From NCBI GenBank assembly GCA_040377305.1, contig JBEIPA010000004.1:160001-224000 (forward strand): DNA of 64,000 nt, read 5' to 3'. The position numbers and the translations under genes are program-made. This document shows, one piece after another, positions 1 to 10,375 of the stretch. The stretch's first letter is position 1, and every line of letters starts with the position of its first letter. Below the pieces are notes generated by a model. That model made no database searches. It saw nothing but the letters and a program-made list of their open reading frames with translations, and was not told the DNA's origin. The DNA comes from Flavobacteriales bacterium (GTDB lineage Bacteria; Bacteroidota; Bacteroidia; Palsa-965).

Positions 1-2
1 AT

Positions 3-287
3 CAGGAGCATCAGAAACGTGACGCTTCAATTTCTGTTTTCGATTTTCTGGTCATGCACTATGCTGGTGATGACAAGACTGATGCAGATCATGATCGCGA
101 CATGCAGTTGCCTTTTAAAACATCAGATCACAATGTTGTTTCCGGTATTTCATTCGCAATTAAAACGGAAGGTGCTTCTATTGCTGTCGCTCCGATCTTT
201 TTGATTCCAACATTGCGCGCTTTCTCCTGCGATAATTACAATTCTCTGCACGCCAGTGATATTTGGCAGCCACCTAAGCAGGCTTAA
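3..287 (+). CDS. Small His-containing protein upstream of the heavy-metal RND pump (5' truncated by window)
   Basis: The frame is open from base 3 (QEHQKRDASISVFDFLVMHYAGDDKTDADHDRDMQLPFK...IWQPPK). This pattern is typical of the small ORFs that precede cusA/czcA in Bacteroidota. Confidence 0.7.
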   Translation, partial: QEHQKRDASISVFDFLVMHYAGDDKTDADHDRDMQLPFKTSDHNVVSGISFAIKTEGASIAVAPIFLIPTLRAFSCDNYNSLHASDIWQPPKQA

Positions 288-364
288 TCAATTCGACTTC
301 TTGTTTTCGCTGTAAACATTCTTACTGAATGTTGCTGCGTCATGTCTTGATTAAACCTTCTTCT

Positions 365-3300
365 ATGCTCAAATCAATCATTGGATTCTCAATCCACAAT
401 AAATTAATTGTCGGCATTTTTACCCTCGTTCTAATTGTCTACGGAGCGTATAGTGTAACACGTTTGCCGATCGACGCAGTACCTGATATTACTAATAATC
501 AGGTAATGATAATTACCACATCGCCTTCTCTCGGAGCTGCTGATATTGAGCGGCTCATCACTTTTCCTATTGAACAAAATACACGGAACATTCCGGGAAT
601 CATCGAGCAACGTTCATTCTCCCGGTTCGGACTTTCTCTTGTAACGCTTGTGTTCGATGATAACACGGACATCTATTGGGCCCGACAACAAATCAGCGAA
701 CGACTTGTACAAGTTCAGGAACAGATACCGTCCGGTCTTGGTGTTCCGACAATGGGTCCCGTAACAACCGGCTTAGGTGAAATTTTCCAATATGTAATCC
801 GACCTGAACCTGGATATGAATCGAAATATGACGCTACAGAACTGCGCACGATTCAGGATTGGGTTGTCCGTCGTCAATTGCTTGGCACAAAAGGGGTGGC
901 AGACGTGAGCAGCTTCGGTGGTAAACTCAAGCAATATGAAATAGCAGTGAACACCGACAAGCTGGAGGCACATAACCTGACCATCACCGATGTGCTGGTT
1001 GCTCTCGAAAAAAATAATCAGAATACGGGCGGCGCGTATATAGAAAAAGGCCCCGCAGTATTATACATCCGCACAGAAGGTCTATTGAATACAATGGACG
1101 ATATAGGTGCTACTCCGGTATTACAAACCGACAACGGAATTCCAATACTTATTCGTGACATCGGAACTCTGCATGAAGGATACGCAACACGATATGGAGC
1201 GATGTGCTACAACGGCGATGGCGAAGTAGCGGGCGGCATTGTGATGATGCTGAAGGGTGCAAATTCTTCTGACGTAATAGAAGATGTGAAATCCAAAATT
1301 GCATTAATACAGGAAACACTTCCGGAAGGACTAAAGATTGAAGCGTTTCTGGATCGAACGAAGATGGTCGATAATGCACTGGATACTGTAACAACCAACC
1401 TGCTCGAAGGCGCATTGATAGTCTTGTTTGTGTTGGTGCTGTTTCTTGGGAATTTCAGAGCGGGACTAATAGTAGCATCCGTTATTCCCTTAGCCATGTT
1501 GTTCGCGGTAATCATGATGAACTTATTTGGTGTTGGCGGAAACCTGATGAGTCTTGGCGCGTTGGATTTCGGTCTGATCGTAGACGGAACAGTGATCATT
1601 GTTGAAGCAATTCTCCACCGCATTGAAACCAACAAGCTCTTCCATGGCGTTCACAAAATTGATCAGCAGACCATGAACGAACAAGTAGAATATTCATCCG
1701 GAAAAATCATGAAGTCCGCAGCGTTTGGACAAGTCATTATTCTGATTGTATATCTGCCATTCTTCGCGCTTCGTGGAATTGAAGGAAAAATGTTTCAGCC
1801 CATGGCTATGACAGTTTCATTCGCAATTATCGGAGCCTTTATCCTTTCTCTCACTTATGTTCCCATGATGAGTTCACTGTTTCTCAGCAAAAAGATTTCG
1901 CATCGAAAAACATTTGCAGACAAAATGATGGCGGGCATACAACGCGTCTATCAGCCCATGCTTGAAAAAGCACTAAGGTTTCCAAAGACAATTGTATTCG
2001 CCTCGATCGCACTATTCACGCTTTCCGTTTATGTACTCGGTAGTTTAGGTGGAGAATTCATTCCTGAGTTGGAAGAAGGTGATTTCGCTGTTGAAACGCG
2101 CGTGCTTCCCGGAAGTTCACTCACTACCACTATTAAAGCGACTCAACAAACAGCCGCAATACTTGTTGATCAGTTTCCTGAAGTAGAAAAAGTGGTAACG
2201 AAAATCGGCAGCGGAGAAATTCCAACTGATCCAATGCCCATGGAAGCTTCCGATATGATGGTCATTCTCAAACCGAAAAGTGAATGGACGTCGGCAACAA
2301 CATTTGATGAGCTCGCTGAAAAAATGAGTGCTGCTGTAAGTGTAATTCCGGGCGTAACGGTTGGATTCCAGTTTCCGGTTCAGATGAGATTCAATGAGCT
2401 TATGACCGGAGCACGACAGGATGTGGTGTGCAAGATATTCGGTGAAAATCTGGATTCACTTGCGTACTACGCCGGTCTTGTTGGTGCAATTGCTCAAACT
2501 GTCGAGGGCGCCAAAGACATCTATGTAGAACCCGTTACAGGTATGCCGCAAATCGTAGTCAACTACAAGCGCGATGTAATAGCACAGCACGGGTTAAACA
2601 TTGAAGACGTAAACCGTGTAGTTGAAGCTGCATTTGCCGGAACCGTTTGCGGTCAGGTTTTTGAAAATGAGCGCCGCTTTGATATGGTGGTGCGCCTGGA
2701 GAGTGAGTCGAGGAAGAGCGTCGAGGATGTACAGAATCTACTCATATCATCTCCCGAAGGTTCGCAGATCCCGCTTCGTCAGCTTGCAGATGTTACCATT
2801 CAGGTTGGCCCTAATCAAATTCAAAGAGAAGAAGCACAGCGCAGAATTACAGTGGGCTTCAACGTGCGCGGGCGCGATGTTCAGTCGCTCGTGAAAGAAC
2901 TCGAACAGAAAATCAAAGGGCAAATCAAACTGCCAAGCGGATACTACGTTACCTACGGTGGCCAGTTTGAAAATCTCACGGCAGCAAAACAACGTTTAGG
3001 TTTAGCGGTACCCGTTGCGCTGCTGCTGATTTTTCTCCTGCTGTATTTTGCTTTCCATTCTGTTCGGCAGGGATTACTGATCTATTCAGCAATTCCTCTT
3101 GCTGCGATTGGTGGAATTCTCACGTTGTGGCTGATAGGAATGCCGTTTTCAATTTCTGCAGGTGTGGGCTTCATCGCACTTTTCGGTGTTGCCGTGTTGA
3201 ATGGAATTGTTTTGATCACTGAATTCAATTCGCTGAAGGCCGATGGCGTCAAAAATCAACACGAAAGGATCATCACCGGAACACGGATATTACTTAGACC

Positions 3301-4786
3301 AGTTCTCATGACCGCAGCGGTTGCTTCATTGGGATTCTTACCCATGGCACTGAGCAACGGCGCTGGTGCAGAAGTGCAACGTCCACTGGCAAGTGTTGTA
3401 ATCGGAGGTTTAATTACGGCAACAATACTCACACTATTCGTGCTTCCTGTGCTGTATAATATCTACAACCGCGATGGTAAACCACAAAAACACAGAAGCG
3501 GACTTGCCCTTTTGAGGTTGCGACTTCGGGCTATCAAAAAGCGAAAGAACTCACGACGAAATTTGGGATTCGTATTATTCTTTCTCCTTTTCACTATCCC
3601 TTCCTGGAGTCAATCGCCAACGATTTCACTGGAGAATGCAATCGACTCCGCGATGAACAATAACCTCGATGTGCTTGTTGCGGCATTAAATAAAAATGCT
3701 GCTGCTTCAGCTGAGAAAACGGCGTGGCAAATACCGGCAACCGAAATTGGATTTGAGTCCGGACAAATAAACAGCTATGCAACTGATAATCGGTTTACAG
3801 TTGCTCAGTCGTTTGACTTTCCAACTGTGTACACCGAACGCAGCAAATTACTACGCGCCGAAAGCGGTATCGCTGCAGAAAATGAACTTCTTACGCGACT
3901 TGAAGTGCGCAGGCAGGTTACTACACTGTATTATCGCTTACTGGTGCTGGATGAAAAACGAAAAATCCTGCGTAGTTATGACTCAATTTGCAATCTGCAA
4001 TCGCAACGACAGACTGATGCGTTGACGTCCGGAGAATCAACAATTCTTGAGAAAGTCTCTGCAGAAAGCAAGCAACAAAGCGTAGCCATGGAGCTCAGCC
4101 AGGTAAATGCAGCGTTTCTTTCCGCACAAATTGCTTTGTCGCAATTAATGCATACGCAGATTCTCTATCGACCCGACTCGCGGGATATACGGTTAAGCGC
4201 AGTAGTCACCACCGACACCTCCGCTGCGCGTGCCCATCCAATATCAAGAATTGCGGCTTATGAACGTGATGTTGCGTTTCGGAATATGCGAATTGCTAAA
4301 CAATCTTTTCTTCCGCGATTCTCTGTCGGCTATTACAACATGAGCATCGTGGGGTGGCAGTTAGTCGATCATACAGATCGCTACTTCAATAGTCGTTATC
4401 GTTTTGCATCGGTAGCTGTCGGTATTTCCGTACCGCTTTCCTTTAGAGCGACTTCTGCGCAGATAAGACAGCAACAATTCCGCTACCAGGCTATGTCCAT
4501 GCAATATTCGGCCACCACATGGTACTGGCAGAATGAAATCCGCATTGTGAATTCCGACCTCGCCCAAAGCGCCTCATCTCTTTTATACTTTGAAACTTCG
4601 GGACTACCGAATGCGGCATTAATTGAATCCGCTGCGCAAACGCGATTCGCTGAAGGAGACATTTCCTATTTCGAATGGATGATCCTCATGGAGCAAGCCA
4701 TTACTATCCGAAAAGATTATCTCAGCACAGTTGAGAAATGGAACAATAATATTATCACGGTCAAATACACATCTGCAAATCTTTAA
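365..4786 (+). CDS. CusA/CzcA family heavy-metal efflux RND transporter fused to a C-terminal TolC-like outer-membrane efflux domain
   Basis: Motifs LPIDAVPDITNNQV, GALDFGLIVDG and RPVLMTA. About 400 extra C-terminal residues are TolC-like (ISLENAIDSAMNNN...FLPRFSVGY...VGISVPL). Probable start is ATG 365 (MLKSII). Confidence 0.93.
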   Translation: MLKSIIGFSIHNKLIVGIFTLVLIVYGAYSVTRLPIDAVPDITNNQVMIITTSPSLGAADIERLITFPIEQNTRNIPGIIEQRSFSRFGLSLVTLVFDDNTDIYWARQQISERLVQVQEQIPSGLGVPTMGPVTTGLGEIFQYVIRPEPGYESKYDATELRTIQDWVVRRQLLGTKGVADVSSFGGKLKQYEIAVNTDKLEAHNLTITDVLVALEKNNQNTGGAYIEKGPAVLYIRTEGLLNTMDDIGATPVLQTDNGIPILIRDIGTLHEGYATRYGAMCYNGDGEVAGGIVMMLKGANSSDVIEDVKSKIALIQETLPEGLKIEAFLDRTKMVDNALDTVTTNLLEGALIVLFVLVLFLGNFRAGLIVASVIPLAMLFAVIMMNLFGVGGNLMSLGALDFGLIVDGTVIIVEAILHRIETNKLFHGVHKIDQQTMNEQVEYSSGKIMKSAAFGQVIILIVYLPFFALRGIEGKMFQPMAMTVSFAIIGAFILSLTYVPMMSSLFLSKKISHRKTFADKMMAGIQRVYQPMLEKALRFPKTIVFASIALFTLSVYVLGSLGGEFIPELEEGDFAVETRVLPGSSLTTTIKATQQTAAILVDQFPEVEKVVTKIGSGEIPTDPMPMEASDMMVILKPKSEWTSATTFDELAEKMSAAVSVIPGVTVGFQFPVQMRFNELMTGARQDVVCKIFGENLDSLAYYAGLVGAIAQTVEGAKDIYVEPVTGMPQIVVNYKRDVIAQHGLNIEDVNRVVEAAFAGTVCGQVFENERRFDMVVRLESESRKSVEDVQNLLISSPEGSQIPLRQLADVTIQVGPNQIQREEAQRRITVGFNVRGRDVQSLVKELEQKIKGQIKLPSGYYVTYGGQFENLTAAKQRLGLAVPVALLLIFLLLYFAFHSVRQGLLIYSAIPLAAIGGILTLWLIGMPFSISAGVGFIALFGVAVLNGIVLITEFNSLKADGVKNQHERIITGTRILLRPVLMTAAVASLGFLPMALSNGAGAEVQRPLASVVIGGLITATILTLFVLPVLYNIYNRDGKPQKHRSGLALLRLRLRAIKKRKNSRRNLGFVLFFLLFTIPSWSQSPTISLENAIDSAMNNNLDVLVAALNKNAAASAEKTAWQIPATEIGFESGQINSYATDNRFTVAQSFDFPTVYTERSKLLRAESGIAAENELLTRLEVRRQVTTLYYRLLVLDEKRKILRSYDSICNLQSQRQTDALTSGESTILEKVSAESKQQSVAMELSQVNAAFLSAQIALSQLMHTQILYRPDSRDIRLSAVVTTDTSAARAHPISRIAAYERDVAFRNMRIAKQSFLPRFSVGYYNMSIVGWQLVDHTDRYFNSRYRFASVAVGISVPLSFRATSAQIRQQQFRYQAMSMQYSATTWYWQNEIRIVNSDLAQSASSLLYFETSGLPNAALIESAAQTRFAEGDISYFEWMILMEQAITIRKDYLSTVEKWNNNIITVKYTSANL

Positions 4787-4796
4787 TCACACGATC

Positions 4797-5930
4797 ATGA
4801 AAAAGCTAATTTATATTCTCATTACATCAACGTTGGTATGGTCGTGTAACAGCGCCCCCGTTGAAAAGGCGGAAAATACTTCTACGCCACAAGCCCTTCA
4901 GCAAATAACATTTACGGAAGCACAAATGCTGAATGCTGAAATACAAATAGGGACGGCAGAACTGAAGGATCTGGCTGCTGTTATCAGAGCAAATGGTGTT
5001 GTTGATGTTCCACCTCAGAATCTCGTAAGCGTTAGTTTTCCGCTTGGTGGATATCTACGTTCTACCAACCTTCTCCCGGGCGCAGAAGTAAAACGCGGAC
5101 AAGTAATCGCAGTTATGGAAGATGTTGCTTACATCGAGATGCAGGAACAATATCTTGTTGTTAGCGCACAATTAGAGTTGCAGAAAAAAGAAGTTCTGCG
5201 TCAGCGCACATTGAATGCAACGAAGGCCTCGAGCGACAAGACCGTGGAACAGGTAGAGACTGAATTCGCGACACTTGAAGCCAACCATAGTAGTCTTCGT
5301 GAGAAATTATTGCTAATCGGGATCGCGCCCGATAAGTTGACAGCTGCAAACATTACGGGCAAGGTGAATATTTATTCTCCGATCGACGGATATGTTTCTG
5401 ATGTATTCGTAAACATTGGAATGTATCTGAACCCTTCCGATATATTGTTTGAGTTGGTGAATCCTACAGATCTTCATGTGGCACTTACGGTTTTCGAGAA
5501 AGATCTTCCTCTGCTTCAGGCTGGACAAAAAATAAGATTCAATACAACCAGCGACCCAACCAATTTTTTCGAGGGAGAAGTTGTTTTGGTAGGTCGCAAG
5601 CTTGATGAAAATAGATCGGCGGAGGTTCACTGCCATTTTAGTGCGGCTAACAAGCAACTGATTCCCGGAATGTTCGTTACCGGAGAAATCGAGGTCACCA
5701 GATCTGTTGTCAAGTGTGTTCCCGAGGACGCAGTGGTGCGGCTTGCTGATTCTGAATACATCTACATTCAGGAGGCAGAGGGAACATTCCTGCGATCCAA
5801 GGTCACGACCGGTGTTATTCGCGATGGATGGATCGAAATCCTAACAAGTGAAGTTGGGTTGACAGACAAAAAACTAATTACTCACAATGCCTGGTCCGCG
5901 CTTATGCTGCAAGAGAATACGGGCGAGTAG
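4797..5930 (+). CDS. Efflux RND transporter periplasmic adaptor (CusB/CzcB-like lipoprotein)
   Basis: Lipobox LVWSC, motifs GVVDVPPQNLVSVS and IYSPIDGYV, and position directly after the RND gene. Probable start is ATG 4797. Confidence 0.92.
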   Translation: MKKLIYILITSTLVWSCNSAPVEKAENTSTPQALQQITFTEAQMLNAEIQIGTAELKDLAAVIRANGVVDVPPQNLVSVSFPLGGYLRSTNLLPGAEVKRGQVIAVMEDVAYIEMQEQYLVVSAQLELQKKEVLRQRTLNATKASSDKTVEQVETEFATLEANHSSLREKLLLIGIAPDKLTAANITGKVNIYSPIDGYVSDVFVNIGMYLNPSDILFELVNPTDLHVALTVFEKDLPLLQAGQKIRFNTTSDPTNFFEGEVVLVGRKLDENRSAEVHCHFSAANKQLIPGMFVTGEIEVTRSVVKCVPEDAVVRLADSEYIYIQEAEGTFLRSKVTTGVIRDGWIEILTSEVGLTDKKLITHNAWSALMLQENTGE

Positions 5931-6048
5931 CTGCCTGGAATAGTGTAGCGATTTAAACATTCCTCGCTCCGCTTAAAATGGTAGGTGTGTTTTGGTTGCA
6001 ATGCAAGTTGAAACGCATGTGCAGCTAAAACACGCCTACCTTTACTAC

Positions 6049-6678
6049 ATGTGGGAATTCCTCAAACAGCTTACAGATCCCGAATCAATCATCTCCTACG
6101 GTGGACTTGCGCTGCTGTTGTTTGTGGTCTTCGCTGAAACAGGTCTGCTCATCGGATTCTTCCTTCCCGGAGATTCTCTCATTTTTATTTCCGGACTAAT
6201 CTGTCGCACGAAACCGGACCTGCTCACGCCCAATATATTTATCCTGCTACTGCTCCTGACCACTGCTGCCGTATTGGGTAACATGGCAGGCTACTGGTTC
6301 GGATGGAAAGTCGGCCCCTCCCTATTCAACCGCAAGGATTCCTGGATTTTCAAAAAACGTTACCTCGAAACTACCCAGGCATTTTATGAGAAAAATGGAG
6401 GAAAAACGCTCATTTTAGGTCGATTTTTGCCAATAATTAGAACTTTTGCCCCGATTTTGGCCGGAATCATCAAAATTCCGTTCTCCAGATTCATGTTCTA
6501 TAACATGACCGGAGCGGTTGCTTGGATCGGCTCGCTCGGACTTGCCGGCTACTATCTCGGACAAATCAAATGGGTTCAGGACAATATTGGCTGGATCGTG
6601 CTGGCTCTCATCGTGGTTACGCTTATTCCGGTAGCAACCACTTGGATCCGCAGCAAAAAACCCTCTTCTCCCCAATGA
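6049..6678 (+). CDS. dedA: DedA/VTT family membrane protein
   Basis: Motifs FAETGLLIGFFLPGDSL and GRFLPIIRTFAP. Confidence 0.92.
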   Translation: MWEFLKQLTDPESIISYGGLALLLFVVFAETGLLIGFFLPGDSLIFISGLICRTKPDLLTPNIFILLLLLTTAAVLGNMAGYWFGWKVGPSLFNRKDSWIFKKRYLETTQAFYEKNGGKTLILGRFLPIIRTFAPILAGIIKIPFSRFMFYNMTGAVAWIGSLGLAGYYLGQIKWVQDNIGWIVLALIVVTLIPVATTWIRSKKPSSPQ

Positions 6679-6963
6679 AATCTGAATAGAGCGCCGTGTA
6701 CGCCGGATGGGAATCGGTCATCTAACACCAAGCACCTTTCGCCGTTTCCCTGTTTCGCCGTGGAGGCTCGCTGCAAGCGTCGGCGTCGTGTTTGAAGCAA
6801 TCCACCTGTAATGTGTTTCAAGCCAGTTATCAAAACCCGCTTTTTCTAACGGAATGTTGTGCGCAACTTCGATTCCACAACAGCATTAAAGTCCCCTTTC
6901 TCCTTCTGAAGGAACGCCTTCGTCGCAATGAAAAATGGACTTTTTAGTCTAAACATGATTTTG

Positions 6964-6971
6964 TAAGTTTG
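6964..6971 (+). promoter_or_regulatory. Putative Bacteroidota housekeeping -7 promoter element for the exbB operon
   Basis: TAAGTTTG matches TAnnTTTG, about 130 bp upstream of exbB. Confidence 0.5.
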
Positions 6972-7101
6972 ATCCCCTTGAAAAGAGGCTTGTTTACAGA
7001 AATTTAACTTCACAAAAATCGAAGGCTAATTAAATACTGGTAACATCGCATCCCCAAGAGTAACAACGACTAATTAAATAAACAACCAAACAAAAATCGC
7101 T

Positions 7102-7902
7102 ATGAGCAAGAAGAAGTCCTCGAATATTGCGGCTTACTTCACGATTGGAATTTTTATCGTGGAATTAATCATTAGTATTCTCATCTACACTCAAGTTTTG
7201 GGCAATCCGTCCAACTTCGAGAATATGGATCCAGAGAAAGGTCATCCGATTAACATTCTCGGGACAGTTCACAAGGGTGGAATGATTGTACCGGTTCTTA
7301 TTTGCATCAACCTGATCATTCTTACTTTCTTCATCGAGCGCTTGATTACACTGTTGCGTGCTCGTGGAACAGGTAACGTTTCAAACTTTGTGGCGAACAT
7401 CCGCGAACTCGTAGAGAACGATCGTATCGATGAAGCAATGGCTGCATGCGACCGTCAGAAAGGTTCTATCGGAAACGTAGTTCGTGCCGGACTTGAGAAA
7501 TACACACTTGTTGCAAACGATTCTACTATGGACAAAGAATCTAAAGTTGCAGCTATCCAGAAAGACCTTGAAGAAGCAACTTCATTGGAGCTTCCTATGC
7601 TTTCTAAAAACCTCGTTATCCTTTCAACTTGCGCTTCGATCGCGACTCTCGTGGGTCTTATCGGAACAGTTGTAGGTATGATCAAAGCGTTCCAGGCCCT
7701 TGCTAACGCAGGTGCTCCTGATGCGAACGCCCTTGCAACGGGTATTTCTGAAGCCTTGATCAATACTGCACTCGGTATCTTCGGTTCTTGCCTTGCGATC
7801 ATTTTCTACAACATGTTCACAACGCAGATCGATCGTATCACTTACGGTATCGACGAAGCAAACTTCAGTATCGTACAAACTTTCGCTGCTAAGAAACACT
7901 AG
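7102..7902 (+). CDS. exbB: MotA/TolQ/ExbB proton channel protein
   Basis: Motifs ATLVGLIGTVVGMIKAF and LATGISEALINTALGI. Confidence 0.93.
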   Translation: MSKKKSSNIAAYFTIGIFIVELIISILIYTQVLGNPSNFENMDPEKGHPINILGTVHKGGMIVPVLICINLIILTFFIERLITLLRARGTGNVSNFVANIRELVENDRIDEAMAACDRQKGSIGNVVRAGLEKYTLVANDSTMDKESKVAAIQKDLEEATSLELPMLSKNLVILSTCASIATLVGLIGTVVGMIKAFQALANAGAPDANALATGISEALINTALGIFGSCLAIIFYNMFTTQIDRITYGIDEANFSIVQTFAAKKH

Positions 7903-7938
7903 TAGTTTTCATTTTCTGAAACATTAAACTGAAAAGGA

Positions 7939-8616
7939 ATGCCTAAAATTAAAATGGGTCGCGGAACACCGTCGTTGGATATGACTCCAATGGTGGATCT
8001 TGCGTTCCTTCTGGTAACCTTCTTCATGCTTACTGCAACGATGCGGACTCCCGAGCCCGTACTCGTTGATACTCCTAGTTCAATTTCTGAAGTCATTCTT
8101 CCGAAGAACACCATGCTTATCACAATCGATACAGCAGGACGTGTATTCTTCAACCTCGAAGGAAAAGAAGTTCGCATGAACATGCTTAAGCGCATGATGA
8201 ACAAGTTCCCCGCTGTGAAATTCACAGAAGAACAAGTTCAGCGTTTTGGCGCAATGCAATCTTTCGGAGTACCCGTTGCTAATCTGCCGGCATACATTGA
8301 TGCAGACGAAGCAGGTCGTAAGAAGATAGACGAAGAAACAAAAGGAATTCCTATCGACACAGTTGACAACAAAGACGAGCTTTCGTTCTGGATCAACTTT
8401 GCACGTGTAGAAGAATTCACTTGGAGAAAAGCGCAGGAAGCAGAAGGAAAGACCGTAGAAGAAATGCGTGTAGCCTTGAAAGCAGATGGAAGATCTGAAT
8501 ACAGGAAAATTGATGCGGTAATTGCTGTGTTTAAAAAGCAAGATGTATTCCGCTTCAATCTTATTACTGACCTGGAGTCCGACCCGAACGCGGGTGCTCC
8601 AGCTCCTGCACATTAA
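7939..8616 (+). CDS. exbD: ExbD/TolR biopolymer transporter (copy 1)
   Basis: Motif DMTPMVDLAFLLVTFFML and C-terminal ALKAD...Y. Confidence 0.92.
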   Translation: MPKIKMGRGTPSLDMTPMVDLAFLLVTFFMLTATMRTPEPVLVDTPSSISEVILPKNTMLITIDTAGRVFFNLEGKEVRMNMLKRMMNKFPAVKFTEEQVQRFGAMQSFGVPVANLPAYIDADEAGRKKIDEETKGIPIDTVDNKDELSFWINFARVEEFTWRKAQEAEGKTVEEMRVALKADGRSEYRKIDAVIAVFKKQDVFRFNLITDLESDPNAGAPAPAH

Positions 8617-8659
8617 CTTGCCTACTTAAAAGACTTAAAAACTTATCCCTAAATAGACA

Positions 8660-9520
8660 ATGGCAGAAATTGCAGACAGTGGCGGTGGTGGTGGTAAACA
8701 CGGAAAAAAAGGGCGCAAGAAAGGCGGCATGCCGAAGGTAGATATGACCCCAATGGTCGATCTTGCCTTCCTTCTCCTTACGTTCTTCGTCCTCACCTCT
8801 AACCTAAACAAAGCAAAGACATTGGAAATGGCTGTGCCGAAAGACGATCCTCTGGCTCCTAAAATGGAAGTAGATGACGATCTCGCGAACACAATCATTC
8901 TCGATGGAAACAAAGACGGAATCATTTATTACTACCACGGAAAATTAACTCCGGATAGTACTGAATTGTTTGAGCTCGTACTTGATCCGGCAGCGAAACA
9001 GAACATTCGCAAAACAATCAACGATCAGAACAAGGGCATTCAGGAAAAAATGAAGTTCGTTCGCGACACGTACAAGAGCGGAAAGCTAAGTGCGGACGCG
9101 GTTTCGAAAATCAAAGGCTACGTTGTTGAAGCAACACAAATCACAGCGAAGGATCCTGAAGTAATTCAGAATACCAAGAAGGAGAACTATTCTGAGTGCG
9201 CAACACGTCTCGATGCCGATTTGCAGAAGGGTGAAATGGGTGATACAACTTACCGCCGTATTTCTTCTGTTATTCGCGGAGCAGACAATGCGCCATTCTT
9301 CATTGTGAAATGGGGTGGTGAAGCAAAGTATGGTGATGTGATAAACATTATCGATGAGCTAAAAATCGGAGACGCTTCGAAATACGCGCTTACTGATGTT
9401 TCCTGTACAGAGCTTCAGGCCCTGAACGCATATCAGGCTGGTCACGGTCAGGCTGTACGCGTTTACAAGGAATTGCAGAGCGCAGAGTGCCAGGAACCGG
9501 AAGCAGCACCAGCAGAATAA
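8660..9520 (+). CDS. exbD: ExbD family protein (copy 2) with a helical insertion
   Basis: Motifs DMTPMVDLAFLLLTFF and VINIIDEL; 286 aa. Confidence 0.9.
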   Translation: MAEIADSGGGGGKHGKKGRKKGGMPKVDMTPMVDLAFLLLTFFVLTSNLNKAKTLEMAVPKDDPLAPKMEVDDDLANTIILDGNKDGIIYYYHGKLTPDSTELFELVLDPAAKQNIRKTINDQNKGIQEKMKFVRDTYKSGKLSADAVSKIKGYVVEATQITAKDPEVIQNTKKENYSECATRLDADLQKGEMGDTTYRRISSVIRGADNAPFFIVKWGGEAKYGDVINIIDELKIGDASKYALTDVSCTELQALNAYQAGHGQAVRVYKELQSAECQEPEAAPAE

Positions 9521-9529
9521 CGAAACACA

Positions 9530-10303
9530 ATGGCTGAAGCAGTAGAAAATACAGGCAACGAACAACCGAAGAGAAAGCGGGCAGGGAAAAAAGTCCCTCG
9601 CATCGACATGACTCCTATGGTTGATCTTGCTTTTCTGTTGCTTACGTTTTTTGTGCTGACTTCAAATCTTAACGAACCGAAAGCGATCAGTGTTACTTAT
9701 CCTGACACAGGAGTGCCGGCTCAGTTGGACAATGATCTTGCGCGTACAGTTCTCATCGATGGAAGCGGAAGTGTTTATTACTATTCCGGAAAACTCGAAG
9801 ACAATTCAACGCTCGAGAAACTTGACATGGGCAGTTTCCGTGATATAGTCGCAGAAGAGAATGCAAGTATTCAGACTGATGTTGATTATCTCGCTGGAGT
9901 TTACACTTCTGGAAAATTCACAGCGGAAAATTACTCGCGTCTTGAGCAAATTGTTGCGAAGTCTACCCAGACCAGTAGCACCCAAGCTCTGATCGTAAAG
10001 ACGAAAAGTGACGATTACTCAGCTTCTGTGACGTTGATGGATGCGGATGTAAATTCAGGCACGATGTCTGAAGCTACTTTCAAGAAGCTTGGCTCAGTAA
10101 TTCGTGGTCGTGATGAAGCACCCGTATTTGTGGTTAGATGGGGTGGAGAAGCAAAATACAACGAGGTAATCGACGTTATTGATGAACTCAGAATCGGAAA
10201 TGTTTCGAAGTATGTAGTTTGTGAAATTTCACTGGCTGAATACCGGGAATTGCACGAACAAACCGGAAGAAATTACCCGGAACTCCAAAATCAGGCGAAA
10301 TAG
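9530..10303 (+). CDS. exbD: ExbD family protein (copy 3), paralog of copy 2
   Basis: DMTPMVDLAFLLLTFFVLTSNLN and WGGEAKY...IDEL.IG are shared with copy 2. Confidence 0.9.
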   Translation: MAEAVENTGNEQPKRKRAGKKVPRIDMTPMVDLAFLLLTFFVLTSNLNEPKAISVTYPDTGVPAQLDNDLARTVLIDGSGSVYYYSGKLEDNSTLEKLDMGSFRDIVAEENASIQTDVDYLAGVYTSGKFTAENYSRLEQIVAKSTQTSSTQALIVKTKSDDYSASVTLMDADVNSGTMSEATFKKLGSVIRGRDEAPVFVVRWGGEAKYNEVIDVIDELRIGNVSKYVVCEISLAEYRELHEQTGRNYPELQNQAK

Positions 10304-10375
10304 CTTGTATGGATTTATGGAATACCAGATGCGAAAGCATCTTTAGAGTAGAATAAACATTAAAAAAATAAAGAG

